Positions 36,530 through 45,758 of a stretch of 64,000 nt of DNA are shown piece after piece (position 1 is the first letter of the stretch; every line of letters starts with the position of its first letter). This DNA comes from Deltaproteobacteria bacterium (lineage in GTDB: Bacteria > Myxococcota > Kuafuiibacteriia > Kuafuiibacteriales > Kuafuiibacteriaceae), in contig JAVJQW010000064.1 in NCBI GenBank assembly GCA_040218735.1, positions 28,804 to 92,803 of the forward strand. Reading direction: 5' to 3'. The notes beneath the pieces were generated by a model that saw only the letters and a list, made by a program, of their open reading frames with translations, did no database searches and was not told where the DNA came from. Position numbers and translations under genes: made by a program.

Positions 36530-39007
36530 ATGTCGGCCCGCCACGTCGTGTCTTCGCTCCCCCTCGGGGCCCGGTCCGTGGTGCTCGCGCTGGCGCTGTT
36601 GGCCCCGCAGCTGAGCTGGGCGCAGACCGCGACTTCGACCGCGGGGACGGGCCGGTTGCGCCCCGGCGACGTCGAAACCATCCGCTTCGAGGGCCTCAAA
36701 CGCGTGGAGCCGGCCGCGGTCCGGCTGGTGATGACCAACCGCGAGGGGCGCCCGTTCAGGGTCGAGGCGGTCGCGGACGACCTCAAGGCCATCTTCGGGA
36801 TGGGCTACTTCTCGAACGTCGAGGCGTATCGGGAGGATGGCCCCGATGACACGGTGCGCCTCGTCTTCGTGGTCACCGAGAAGCCGGCGGTGCGGAAGAT
36901 CGAGATCGCCGGGAACGACGACATCGGCGACGACGACATCAAGGAAGTCATCGATATCCGGCCGTTCACCATCTACTCCGAGACCAAGGTCAAGAAGAAC
37001 GTCCAGAAGATCAAAGACCTGTACAGCGAGAAGGGGTTCTACCTCGCGGAGGTGACCTCCCGCGTCGAGGAGACGGGACCGAACGAGGTCAAGGTCGTCT
37101 TCGTCATCGACGAGAACGCCAAGGTCGAGGTCCGACAGATCCGCTTCGTCGGCAACAAGTCCCTCGACTCCGAGCTGCTCAAGACCGGGCTGCTCACCCA
37201 GGAGGGGAACCTGCTGTCGTTCCTCTCGGGCGCGGGCACGTACCGCGCGGACGCCTTCCAGGTCGACATCCTGCGGATCACCTCGCACTACTTCGACAAC
37301 GGCTTCATCAATGTGAAGGTCGACACGCCGGACACCGAGATCTCGGCGGACCGCAAGTACGTCTACATCACCATCACGATCGAGGAGGGGCTGCAGTACA
37401 ACATCGGCAAGCTCGACTTCTCCGGTGACCTGCTCGAGTCGAAGGAGGACCTCCTCGACCGCCTGCAGATCGAGGCGGGCGACGTCTTCAACCGCACCAA
37501 GCTCGGCGAGGATCTCCAGAAGCTCAAGACGCGCTACGAAGACGACGGTTACGCGTACGCGAACATCACGCCCGTCACCTCGATCGACTCCGAGAAGCGC
37601 ACGATCGATCTCACCTTCGACATCCAGAAGGGCGACAAGGTCTACTACGAGCGCATCAACGTCGTCGGGAACACGAAGACCCGCGACAAGGTCGTGCGCC
37701 GCGAGCTCCGCATCTACGAAGGGGAGCTGACGTCCGCATCCAAACGTGACCTCTCGCAGCGCCGCGTGATGGCGCTCGGTTACTTCGAGAAGGTCGACAT
37801 CAAGACCCGCCGGGGCTCGACCGACCAGCTGCAGATCGTCGACGTCGAGATCAAGGAGAAGGCCACCGGCACGTTCCAAATCGGCGCCGGCTTCTCGTCC
37901 GCGGAGAACTTCATCGCGACCGCCCAGATCGCGCAGGACAACTTCCTGGGGCGCGGTCAGTCCGTCGCGCTGTCGGCGCAGATCTCGTCGCTGCGGCAGC
38001 TCTTCCAGCTACGCTTCACGGAGCCGTACTTCTACGACACCGAGTGGACGTTCTCGTTCAACGCGTTCAACACCGAGACGCAGTTCAGACAGTTCCTCCG
38101 TTCGGCGACCGGTGGTGACCTCACGTTCGGCCACCCGATCACCGACGACATCCGGCTCTTCCTCACCTACTCGCTGGAGTTCGTGCAGAGCCGCGGCTCG
38201 GACGGCTTCTTCTCGCAGCCGTCGTTCGCCGCGTTGAACAACCGTGGCCGCATCTCGTCGCTGCGCGCCACCGTCACCTACGACACGCGCGACAACCGCT
38301 TGTTCCCCACGAGCGGCATGTACCACTCGGCGTCGGCGGAGGTGTCCTCGCCGGTGTTCGGTGCCTCGGAGTCGCGTTCGTTCCAGCGCTACCGCGCGTT
38401 CTCGCGGTTCTACCGGCCCATCGCGTTCGGCTTCATCGGCAAGCTGTCGGTGCGCGCGGGTTACCTCAACGCGACGAGCGAGGTCGGGTTGTCACCGTCC
38501 GAGAAGTTCATCATGGGCGGCATCAACACCCTGCGCGGGTACCTGCCGTTCACGATCGGCCCGGAGCGTCGCGCCCTGCGCAACTCGCGCGGCAACCGCG
38601 GGCTCGACCCGCGCTCCGACTCGTTTGTGTTCACGGAGGGCGGCAACAAGGAGTTCCTCGCGAACTTCGAGATCGAGTTCCCGATCTTCCAGGCCGTCGG
38701 CATCCGCGGCGTGCTCTTCCTCGACGCCGGCAACGTCTACGCGGAGGACGAGAACTTCTTCTACCTCGGCGACAAGATCCGCGCGGCGCAGGTCGACAAC
38801 GTGGAGTTCGACTACGGCGACCTCCCGCTCGGCCTGTTCTGGTCGGTCGGCTTCGGCTTCCGCTGGTTCTCGCCGATCGGCCCGCTGCGCTTCGAGTGGG
38901 GCATCCCGCTCACCCGGCGCGTGCGCCCGCAGAACGACAACCTCGGGCTGCTTCAGTCCGACCCGTCCGGCCCGCTGTTCGAGTTCTCCATCGGCAACTC
39001 GTTCTGA
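36530..39007 (+). CDS. bamA: Outer membrane protein assembly factor BamA
   Basis: Signal peptide, POTRA repeats (GNTKTRDKVVRREL), NFLGRGQ, LRGY loop, WFSPIGPLRFEWG, terminal FSIGNSF. Confidence 0.95.
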   Translation: MSARHVVSSLPLGARSVVLALALLAPQLSWAQTATSTAGTGRLRPGDVETIRFEGLKRVEPAAVRLVMTNREGRPFRVEAVADDLKAIFGMGYFSNVEAYREDGPDDTVRLVFVVTEKPAVRKIEIAGNDDIGDDDIKEVIDIRPFTIYSETKVKKNVQKIKDLYSEKGFYLAEVTSRVEETGPNEVKVVFVIDENAKVEVRQIRFVGNKSLDSELLKTGLLTQEGNLLSFLSGAGTYRADAFQVDILRITSHYFDNGFINVKVDTPDTEISADRKYVYITITIEEGLQYNIGKLDFSGDLLESKEDLLDRLQIEAGDVFNRTKLGEDLQKLKTRYEDDGYAYANITPVTSIDSEKRTIDLTFDIQKGDKVYYERINVVGNTKTRDKVVRRELRIYEGELTSASKRDLSQRRVMALGYFEKVDIKTRRGSTDQLQIVDVEIKEKATGTFQIGAGFSSAENFIATAQIAQDNFLGRGQSVALSAQISSLRQLFQLRFTEPYFYDTEWTFSFNAFNTETQFRQFLRSATGGDLTFGHPITDDIRLFLTYSLEFVQSRGSDGFFSQPSFAALNNRGRISSLRATVTYDTRDNRLFPTSGMYHSASAEVSSPVFGASESRSFQRYRAFSRFYRPIAFGFIGKLSVRAGYLNATSEVGLSPSEKFIMGGINTLRGYLPFTIGPERRALRNSRGNRGLDPRSDSFVFTEGGNKEFLANFEIEFPIFQAVGIRGVLFLDAGNVYAEDENFFYLGDKIRAAQVDNVEFDYGDLPLGLFWSVGFGFRWFSPIGPLRFEWGIPLTRRVRPQNDNLGLLQSDPSGPLFEFSIGNSF

Positions 39008-39122
39008 CGCCGCAGCTCTCGAGCTCCAGCGCGACCATGCGTACGGGCGGGAAACGTCCGCCCGCGCGTCGGTGCCGTTCGGCGGCATGGCGCGCGCGGC
39101 CCGTTCGGCGTAGTCACCCCTC

Positions 39123-40523
39123 ATGCACCTCGAGTTCTACGGCGCCGCCGAGGGGGTCACCGGGTCGCTGCACCGCATTCACGTCCAGGAGCAGGACATC
39201 CTGCTGGACTGCGGCCTCTTCCAGGGCCGCCGCGAGCAGACCCACGCGCTCAACCGCGACCTCCCCAAGTGGGCGACGGGGGCGAAGGCGCTCGTGCTGA
39301 GCCACGCGCACCTCGACCACAGCGGCAACATCCCGACCCTCGTCGCGCGCGGCTTCGCAGGCAACGTGTACACGACGCCGCCCACCCGCGACCTGTGCGC
39401 GGTCATGCTTCGGGACTCCGCGATGATCCAGATGCAGGACGCCGCCTACCTCAACAAACGCAACGCACGCGACGGCATCGAGAAACACATCGAGCCGCTG
39501 TACACCGCCGCGGACGTGCAGGCTGCGATGGGGCGGATGATCTCCGTTCCGCTGCGCCGCCCGATCCCCGTGGCGCAGGGGGTGACCGTGACGTTCTACA
39601 ACTCCGGGCACGTGCTCGGGTCGGCGCTGGTGGTGCTCGACCTCGAAGAGCGCGGCCGGCGCGCGCGGCTGCTCTTCACGGGTGACCTCGGGCGCGACGA
39701 GCTCCCGCTGCTGCGGAACCCGGAGATCGTCGACGGCGTCGATCACCTCCTCATCGAGAGCACCTACGGCGACCGGACGCACCCGGACATCGCCACCATG
39801 GACGAGCAGCTCGGCAACATCGTTCGCGAGACGGTCGGGCGGGGCGGGCGCGTCTACATCCCCACGTTTGCGTTGGAGCGCGCGCAGGAGGTGCTGTTTT
39901 CGCTGGAGCGCCTGCACGAGAAAAACGCGATCCCCGACGTCCCGATCTACATCGACAGCCCCCTCGCGATCGCGATCACCGAGATCTACAAGCTGCACGT
40001 CGAGAACCTCGCCGAGGCCATCCAGCAGCGCTTCATCGAGCGCAACGATCCGTTCTCGCCGCCCGGGCTTCGCTACGTGTCGGACGTCGAAGCCTCGAAG
40101 CGCCTCCAGGGTGGCAGCGAGAGCTGCATCGTCATCGCGGGTTCGGGCATGTGTGAAGGCGGGCGCATCGTCCACCACTTCACCCGAGCCCTCGGCCACG
40201 CGAAGAACAGCGTCGTCATCGTCGGGTTCATGGCCGACCACACCCTCGGGCGTCGCCTCGTCGAGGGGCACCGGAAGGTGAAGGTCTTCGGGCTGGAGCG
40301 GGAGGTCTTCGCGGAGGTGCACAAGATCAACGGCCTGTCGGCGCACGCGGACCGGGACGACCTCGTCGACTTTGTCGACCGCACCCGCAAGGCGGGCCAC
40401 GTCCGCACCGTGTCGCTCGTACACGGCGAGGACGGGCCGCGCCTGGCGCTGAAGGAAGCGCTGAAGGCGCAGGGTGTGAACCACGTCGTGATTGCGAAGA
40501 AGGGCGAGCGCGTCGAGCTCTAG
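39123..40523 (+). CDS. Metallo-beta-lactamase / beta-CASP ribonuclease
   Basis: DCGLFQG, SHAHLDH, GHVLGS, GDLG, ESTYG, SGMCEGGRI, SAHAD, VHGE. Confidence 0.92.
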   Translation: MHLEFYGAAEGVTGSLHRIHVQEQDILLDCGLFQGRREQTHALNRDLPKWATGAKALVLSHAHLDHSGNIPTLVARGFAGNVYTTPPTRDLCAVMLRDSAMIQMQDAAYLNKRNARDGIEKHIEPLYTAADVQAAMGRMISVPLRRPIPVAQGVTVTFYNSGHVLGSALVVLDLEERGRRARLLFTGDLGRDELPLLRNPEIVDGVDHLLIESTYGDRTHPDIATMDEQLGNIVRETVGRGGRVYIPTFALERAQEVLFSLERLHEKNAIPDVPIYIDSPLAIAITEIYKLHVENLAEAIQQRFIERNDPFSPPGLRYVSDVEASKRLQGGSESCIVIAGSGMCEGGRIVHHFTRALGHAKNSVVIVGFMADHTLGRRLVEGHRKVKVFGLEREVFAEVHKINGLSAHADRDDLVDFVDRTRKAGHVRTVSLVHGEDGPRLALKEALKAQGVNHVVIAKKGERVEL

Positions 40524-40536
40524 TCAGGCGACGCGC

Positions 40537-41334
40537 TCAACCGAAGCGTCGCTGGTGGCGCTCCACCAACGGGCGCACACGACGCACCGCCTTCGCGACG
40601 CGGTCGGCGATCGAGCGTCCGCGATCGTCGGGCTGACGGACGACCGCGGCGTGCGCGGCGCACAGCACCTCGGCGTCGCGCGCGAGGGCGATGAGCTCGT
40701 CGGTCCACGCCGAGAACTCCGCGGCGGCGCCGGCGCGCCGGTCGAGGACGAAGCGCAGGGTGGGGTGGAGGCGGACGAGGTCGCGGCGAAGCGCGCGGAG
40801 CGGCTTCGGCAGCGTCGTCACCATGATCGTGTCATCGACGTGCAGCACCCGTGACGCCTTGTGCAGCGCGAGCACCGAAGCGAAGTGCAGGTTCTCGTTC
40901 GACGGGACGAACGCGACGCCGCGCGGCACCGAGAAGGTGAAGTCGTCGGCGAACAGCGCGGCGAACGCCGGGTCCTCGGTGCGCTCCGGCGCCCACGGCA
41001 GCTCGGGGAACCGTCGGTGGTGACGCGCCGTCCCGTACAGCTTCGCCTCGGGGAACATCGACGCCATCGAACGCACGTGCAGCGTGTGGAATGGGTGCAG
41101 GTGAACGATGGCCGCCGGGCCGTCCTGACCCATCAGCGCGGCGGCGCGCACGCGGGTCGCGTCGTCGAGCGCGCACCCGTCGAGGAAGACGAAGCGCCCG
41201 TCGGTCAGCCGCGACAACGACGCCTGGGTCCCGATGTCCACGGGGCCGATGTGAAACGACCCGCGAATGTTCCAGAACCCGTCCCCGACCTCGCGCACGC
41301 GGGGAGCATTCGCGGGCGGGTCGCTCGAGTCCAC
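40537..41334 (-). CDS. MBL-fold-like hypothetical (DUF4336-like)
   Basis: FWNIRGSF, HLHPFHTLH, LHVDDT, CAAH. Confidence 0.7.
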   Translation of the reverse strand: MDSSDPPANAPRVREVGDGFWNIRGSFHIGPVDIGTQASLSRLTDGRFVFLDGCALDDATRVRAAALMGQDGPAAIVHLHPFHTLHVRSMASMFPEAKLYGTARHHRRFPELPWAPERTEDPAFAALFADDFTFSVPRGVAFVPSNENLHFASVLALHKASRVLHVDDTIMVTTLPKPLRALRRDLVRLHPTLRFVLDRRAGAAAEFSAWTDELIALARDAEVLCAAHAAVVRQPDDRGRSIADRVAKAVRRVRPLVERHQRRFG

Positions 41335-41385
41335 CGCCTTGTCGAGGCGCGTGGTTCGCGGAGGGACCCGGCCTGCGTTCGAACC

Positions 41386-41829
41386 TCACTTCCGCGCGCG
41401 GCGCTCGGCGCGGATGCGGCCGTAGCGCTTCGCGAGCAGCACCAACCACAAGATCCACGTCAGCGGTCCGCCGACGAAGATCAGCGCCAGCTTCACGCCG
41501 CCACGTTTCCAGAGGGAGGTCTGGGCGTCGGCTTCGGGTGCGGTGTCGGTGAGGACGAAGGTGTCGCCCTCGATGCGGCCGCGCACCGCGATCGGTGTGC
41601 CGCACTTGATGACGCCGCCGTCATCGAACCAGTACGGGGCGCCGTCGTTGCCTGCGACGCGGTAGCTTCGATCGCCGATGCGGAGGGTGGCGCCGTCCGT
41701 CCACTTCGGTCCGGCTCGGACGCAGTCCGTCGTGCCGGGCGCGTCGACGACGGCCCCGACGCGGTCCGCCTCGAAGTCCTCCGGCCCGCAGGCCGCGAGC
41801 GCCAACAGAAGGATCGCGGCCCGTCTCAT
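41386..41829 (-). CDS. Lipoprotein with C-terminal TM helix and basic tail
   Basis: MRRAAILLLALAAC; ends LALIFVGGPLTWILWLVLLAKRYGRIRAERRARK. Confidence 0.7.
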   Translation of the reverse strand: MRRAAILLLALAACGPEDFEADRVGAVVDAPGTTDCVRAGPKWTDGATLRIGDRSYRVAGNDGAPYWFDDGGVIKCGTPIAVRGRIEGDTFVLTDTAPEADAQTSLWKRGGVKLALIFVGGPLTWILWLVLLAKRYGRIRAERRARK

Positions 41830-42446
41830 GTCCGGCTCCAGATCCAGAACCCGAGCCAGCTGAAGAACATCAGCGCGAACCCGGCGAACACCATCGCGAA
41901 CAACATCACGGACGTGAACGCGGAGAAGGTCTGCGCGCTCACCTGCTGTTGGAGCGGCCGGCTGTCATAGGCGACGAACCCGGCGTCGGTGACGAACCCC
42001 GCGATGTCGACGCTCGCTCCGCACTCGACGTAGCGCTCCGACAACCGGACGTAGCGGTAGCCGCAGCGCCGCTCGTCCTGCGCGCACCGGACGGCGTCGT
42101 CGAGTCCGAAGCCGAGCGCGCGATCGCTGACGTCGTCGTTGTGGGCCGACGCGCCCGAGCGTGCGCCGAGGAGCTGCCCGTCGCGACCGAAGACCTTCAG
42201 CGTGGCCTCGCCGATACGGACCCGCGCGCCCGGCGCGAAGACGAAGGGCGCGCGGTCGTAGGAGGACTTCGATCGGGTGGTGTCCGTGCGCCGCTCCGCG
42301 GTGAGGGCGACGGCGCAGGCCTGCTCGCCGGACAGCGGCGCGACGAGGCCGGCTTCGGCCTCGAGGATCGCTTCGTGGCGGGGGAGGGGCGTTCCACCGC
42401 AACCGGCGCACAGGAGCACCGCCGCGGTGAGGGGGGACCATCGCAC
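41826..42446 (-). CDS. Putative lipoprotein with C-terminal TM helix
   Basis: GTG 42446 (VRWSPLTAAVLLCAGC); hydrophobic C-terminus; ATGA-coupled to the next gene. Confidence 0.6.
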   Translation of the reverse strand: MRWSPLTAAVLLCAGCGGTPLPRHEAILEAEAGLVAPLSGEQACAVALTAERRTDTTRSKSSYDRAPFVFAPGARVRIGEATLKVFGRDGQLLGARSGASAHNDDVSDRALGFGLDDAVRCAQDERRCGYRYVRLSERYVECGASVDIAGFVTDAGFVAYDSRPLQQQVSAQTFSAFTSVMLFAMVFAGFALMFFSWLGFWIWSRT

Positions 42447-42524
42447 TCGGCCTACCCTCGGCACGGACGGTCTCCAAGACAAGGGGGGTGAGCGGACCCG
42501 CGCGTTTGTTATGGTGCTCTACCG

Positions 42525-43595
42525 ATGCGCACCCTCGTGCTCGAAGGCACCCCCACCCAGATCGGCGAAGCCCACGGCGAGGCCATGCGCGAGCCGATCC
42601 GCGAGCTGTTCGCGCACCGCATGGACAACGCGATCGCGCAGGCGAAGTCGTACGGCGGCGTCGACGTCGACGTCGAAGGGCTCGTCGCCATCGCGCGCGG
42701 GTGCCTCCCGATCGTGCAGGCCTACGCGCCCGAGGGGTACGCGGAGCTGGAGGGGATCGCGCGCGGCGCCGACTTCCCGCTGGAGCGGGTGTGGGCGATG
42801 AACGCGCTGACGGATCTGCGCGACGTCGCCGCGTTCCATCACCCCGAAGATCCGCCGGACGCGGAAGGCTGCTCCTCGTTCATCGTCTCTGCGTCGCGCA
42901 CCGCGAAGGGCACGCCGTACGTCGGCCAGACCTGGGACCTGTCGACGAGCAACCTGCCGTACGTGATCCTCGTCCGCCGCAAACCCAGCGACGCGCCCGC
43001 GACGCGTACGCTCACGACCGTCGGGTGCTTGAGCCTGATCGGCATGAACGACGAGGGGCTCGCGATCGGCACGACGAACCTCCGCACCGTCGACGCCAAA
43101 CCGGGGGTCGGCTACCTCGACATCATCCACGCGACGCTGCGCGCGACGAACCTCGACGACGCGATCGAGAACATCGTAAAGGCGCCGCGGGCCGGGGCGC
43201 ACTACTTCTACGTCATGGACCGCACCGGCGCGGCGGCGGCAGTGGAGTGCACCGCGACCGACGCCGTCGTGCAGCGCATCGAGGCGTCGTACGTGCACTG
43301 CAATCACATCCTCTGCGAGGCGAACGCCGCGCTGGAGGCGAAGGGGACGCCGGTGGCCTCCACGCACCACCGACAGCGCCGCATGGAGGCGCTGCTCGAC
43401 CGCGACGATCTCACCGAAGCGCTCCTGTTCGAGTTCCTCGCGGACCACGACGGTCGGCCGGACTCGATCTGCCGGCACGACTTCAACGGCATCACGAGCA
43501 ACGCCGGGGTCGTGATGTCGCCGACCGAGGGCGCGTTCTGGGCGGTACACGGCCCCGCGTGTGAGGGGACCTGGTCCCCGTTCGACATCGCTTGA
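42525..43595 (+). CDS. C45 family autoproteolytic acyltransferase/peptidase (Ntn hydrolase)
   Basis: GEAHG, ELEGIARG, autocleavage site EG/CSSF, GQTWD, GMNDEGL, HCNH. Confidence 0.88.
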   Translation: MRTLVLEGTPTQIGEAHGEAMREPIRELFAHRMDNAIAQAKSYGGVDVDVEGLVAIARGCLPIVQAYAPEGYAELEGIARGADFPLERVWAMNALTDLRDVAAFHHPEDPPDAEGCSSFIVSASRTAKGTPYVGQTWDLSTSNLPYVILVRRKPSDAPATRTLTTVGCLSLIGMNDEGLAIGTTNLRTVDAKPGVGYLDIIHATLRATNLDDAIENIVKAPRAGAHYFYVMDRTGAAAAVECTATDAVVQRIEASYVHCNHILCEANAALEAKGTPVASTHHRQRRMEALLDRDDLTEALLFEFLADHDGRPDSICRHDFNGITSNAGVVMSPTEGAFWAVHGPACEGTWSPFDIA

Positions 43596-43629
43596 GGTCG
43601 CGCCCCCATTCGTGGGAGACGATCGGGCG

Positions 43630-44277
43630 ATGGTCGACGTCTCGGACATCAAGACCACCGCGACGCTCCTCGAAGCGCTCGACCGACGCCAGGGCGACGC
43701 CGCCGCGAAGAAGGCCTTCGACGACGCGGTGTGGGCCGCCCGCGGGCGCGAAGCCGCGATCTTGGTGACGGACCTCTCCGGCTTCACCAAGCTGACGAAG
43801 CGCCACGGGATCCTGCACTTCCTCCAGGTCTTCCGCCGGTGCGAGCAGGCCTGCATGCCGGTCGTCGAAGCGCACGGCGGCGTGTTGATGAAACACGAGG
43901 CCGACGACCTCATCTGCATCTTCGACGACGCGCTCTCGGCGATCGGCGCGGCGTTCGGGATGCTGCGCGCGTGCGCCGCCGTGAACGCGACGCTCGACGA
44001 AGAGGACGACCACGTGAACCTCTGCATCGGCGTGGAGCACGGCCCGCTGCTGCGGCTCGACGACGACGCGTTCGGCGACGCGGTGAACGTCGCCTTCAAG
44101 CTCGGCGAAGACGTCGCGGAGCGGGGCGAGGTGTTGATCGGACCGACCGCCTACGCGGCCGCGCTCGACGCGGGGTACGACTTCTCGAAGATGATCATCG
44201 ACGGCCCGCGCGTCGTCACCACCGGCAACGTGCCGCTCGAACACTGGTCGGCTCGCCTCGAGCCCAAGAAGGACTGA
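43630..44277 (+). CDS. Stand-alone class III adenylate/guanylate cyclase domain protein
   Basis: ILVTDLSGFT, MKHEADD, CIGVEHG, DAFGDAVNVAFKL. Confidence 0.85.
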   Translation: MVDVSDIKTTATLLEALDRRQGDAAAKKAFDDAVWAARGREAAILVTDLSGFTKLTKRHGILHFLQVFRRCEQACMPVVEAHGGVLMKHEADDLICIFDDALSAIGAAFGMLRACAAVNATLDEEDDHVNLCIGVEHGPLLRLDDDAFGDAVNVAFKLGEDVAERGEVLIGPTAYAAALDAGYDFSKMIIDGPRVVTTGNVPLEHWSARLEPKKD

Positions 44278-44280
44278 CCC

Positions 44281-44829
44281 ATGAAGCTGGAGCTCTCCAA
44301 CACCCTGTTCCTCGTCGTCGACGTGCAGGAGCGCCTCGCGCCCGCGATGCTGCCCGAGCGGTTCGGGCCGATGCTCGACAACCTGAAGCGCCTCGGCGCG
44401 GCGACGCAGATCCTCGACGTCCCCGCGGTGGTGAGCGAGCAGTACCCGAAGGGGCTCGGGGGATCGGTCGCGCTGATCGCCGAGGCGTTCGAGGGGATCA
44501 CGCCGATCGACAAGGTCTCCTTCTCCGTGCTCGGCGAGCCGAGGCTGAAGGACGCGATCGAGGGGTCGGGGCGCAAGTCCGTGGTGCTCTCCGGGATGGA
44601 GACTCACATCTGCGTGTACCAGACCGCGCGTGATCTCGTAGACGCCGGGTATGCGGTCCACGTCCTCGCGGACGCGGTCGCGTCGCGGACCGAGGCGAAC
44701 TACCAGGTGGGGCTCGGCCTGATGGAGAAGGCCGGGGCGACCATCACTTCGACGGAGACGGTGCTGTTCGACCTCCTCGGCGCCGCGGGCTCGGACCGCT
44801 TCAAGGCGATCTCCAAGCTGATCCGCTGA
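44281..44829 (+). CDS. Isochorismatase-family hydrolase (YcaC-like)
   Basis: VVDVQERL, EQYPKGLG, K..FS, GMETHICVYQT, DAVASR. Confidence 0.92.
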   Translation: MKLELSNTLFLVVDVQERLAPAMLPERFGPMLDNLKRLGAATQILDVPAVVSEQYPKGLGGSVALIAEAFEGITPIDKVSFSVLGEPRLKDAIEGSGRKSVVLSGMETHICVYQTARDLVDAGYAVHVLADAVASRTEANYQVGLGLMEKAGATITSTETVLFDLLGAAGSDRFKAISKLIR

Positions 44830-44902
44830 CCGGGCGGCTCCGCCGGTTGTCGTAAGCCGGCATGTTGACGGTGCCCCGAGAACGCGGGAACGTCCGCCCG
44901 GC

Positions 44903-45523
44903 ATGGGGTACGTGCGGGTGGGCTCGGCGTTCGTCGCGCTCTTGGTCGGGATCGGCGCCAGCGGAGTCGCGGCCGCCCAGTCGGGTGACACGGCGGGCGA
45001 AGACGGGCCCAAGGTCCAGCAGATCCGCGCCGTCGAGCGCGGCGGCTTCGTCCAGATGGACGTGGGCCTGACCTACCTCGTCAACAAGATCGACGACCGC
45101 AGCTACGGGCTCGGCATGGTCGTCGGCTTCTTCGGCGGCTACGACGTGCTGCCGATCCTCAACATCGGCGTCGGCGTCACGGCCATCGCGGCGGGCGTCC
45201 AGGTCGACGACAACACCCCGCCCCCGGTGGGCGACCTGCTGTTCGTCATCCCCACGCTCCGCGTGCAGTTCGCGGTGCTCACCACCGAGCGCAACTTCGT
45301 CTGGATCCGCGGCGACGTGGGCTTCGGCCTGGGCCTTCCGGGCCAGATCGACGGCGCCGACTACGGCGGCAACGGCCTCGCAGGCGGGATCGCGGTCGGT
45401 TTCGAGCGCTTCACGAAGCTGCGGCACTTCTCGATCGGCGGGATCGTCGGCGCGAACGTGGTGACGAAGCCGGCGGTGGGGATCGGGATCTCGGTGATCC
45501 CGATGGTGAAGTACACCTTCTGA
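44903..45523 (+). CDS. cglE: Outer-membrane beta-barrel gliding protein, CglE/GltH-like
   Basis: Signal peptide, VERG motif, amphipathic beta strands, terminal KYTF; sits directly upstream of agmK-agmX as in Myxococcus. Confidence 0.7.
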   Translation: MGYVRVGSAFVALLVGIGASGVAAAQSGDTAGEDGPKVQQIRAVERGGFVQMDVGLTYLVNKIDDRSYGLGMVVGFFGGYDVLPILNIGVGVTAIAAGVQVDDNTPPPVGDLLFVIPTLRVQFAVLTTERNFVWIRGDVGFGLGLPGQIDGADYGGNGLAGGIAVGFERFTKLRHFSIGGIVGANVVTKPAVGIGISVIPMVKYTF

Positions 45524-45694
45524 CCTCCCCAGCCCCAGCCCCAGCCCTCTCCCTAGCCCATCAACGCAAAAGCGCGGCGTCACGCTGCGTGGACCTTTGT
45601 GCCCTTCGATATCGAGCGCCGCGCTTCGGGCGGCGTGGACCCTTGCGCCGGAAGGGCGAGGGCGAGGGCGAGGGCTGGGGCTGGGGGATTGAGG
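45524..45694. repeat. Long hexamer-armed palindromic intergenic element
   Basis: Left arm (CCCCAG)n CCCTCT CCCTAG; right arm (GGGCGA)n (GGGCTG)n; inner perfect IR AAGCGCGGCG (45570-45579) / CGCCGCGCTT (45617-45626). Confidence 0.8.
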
Positions 45695-45758
45695 AGCGCT
45701 CGACGGTGGGTACCACCGCCCATGGACGGTGGTGCGGACCAGGGCTATCGTCCCGCCG

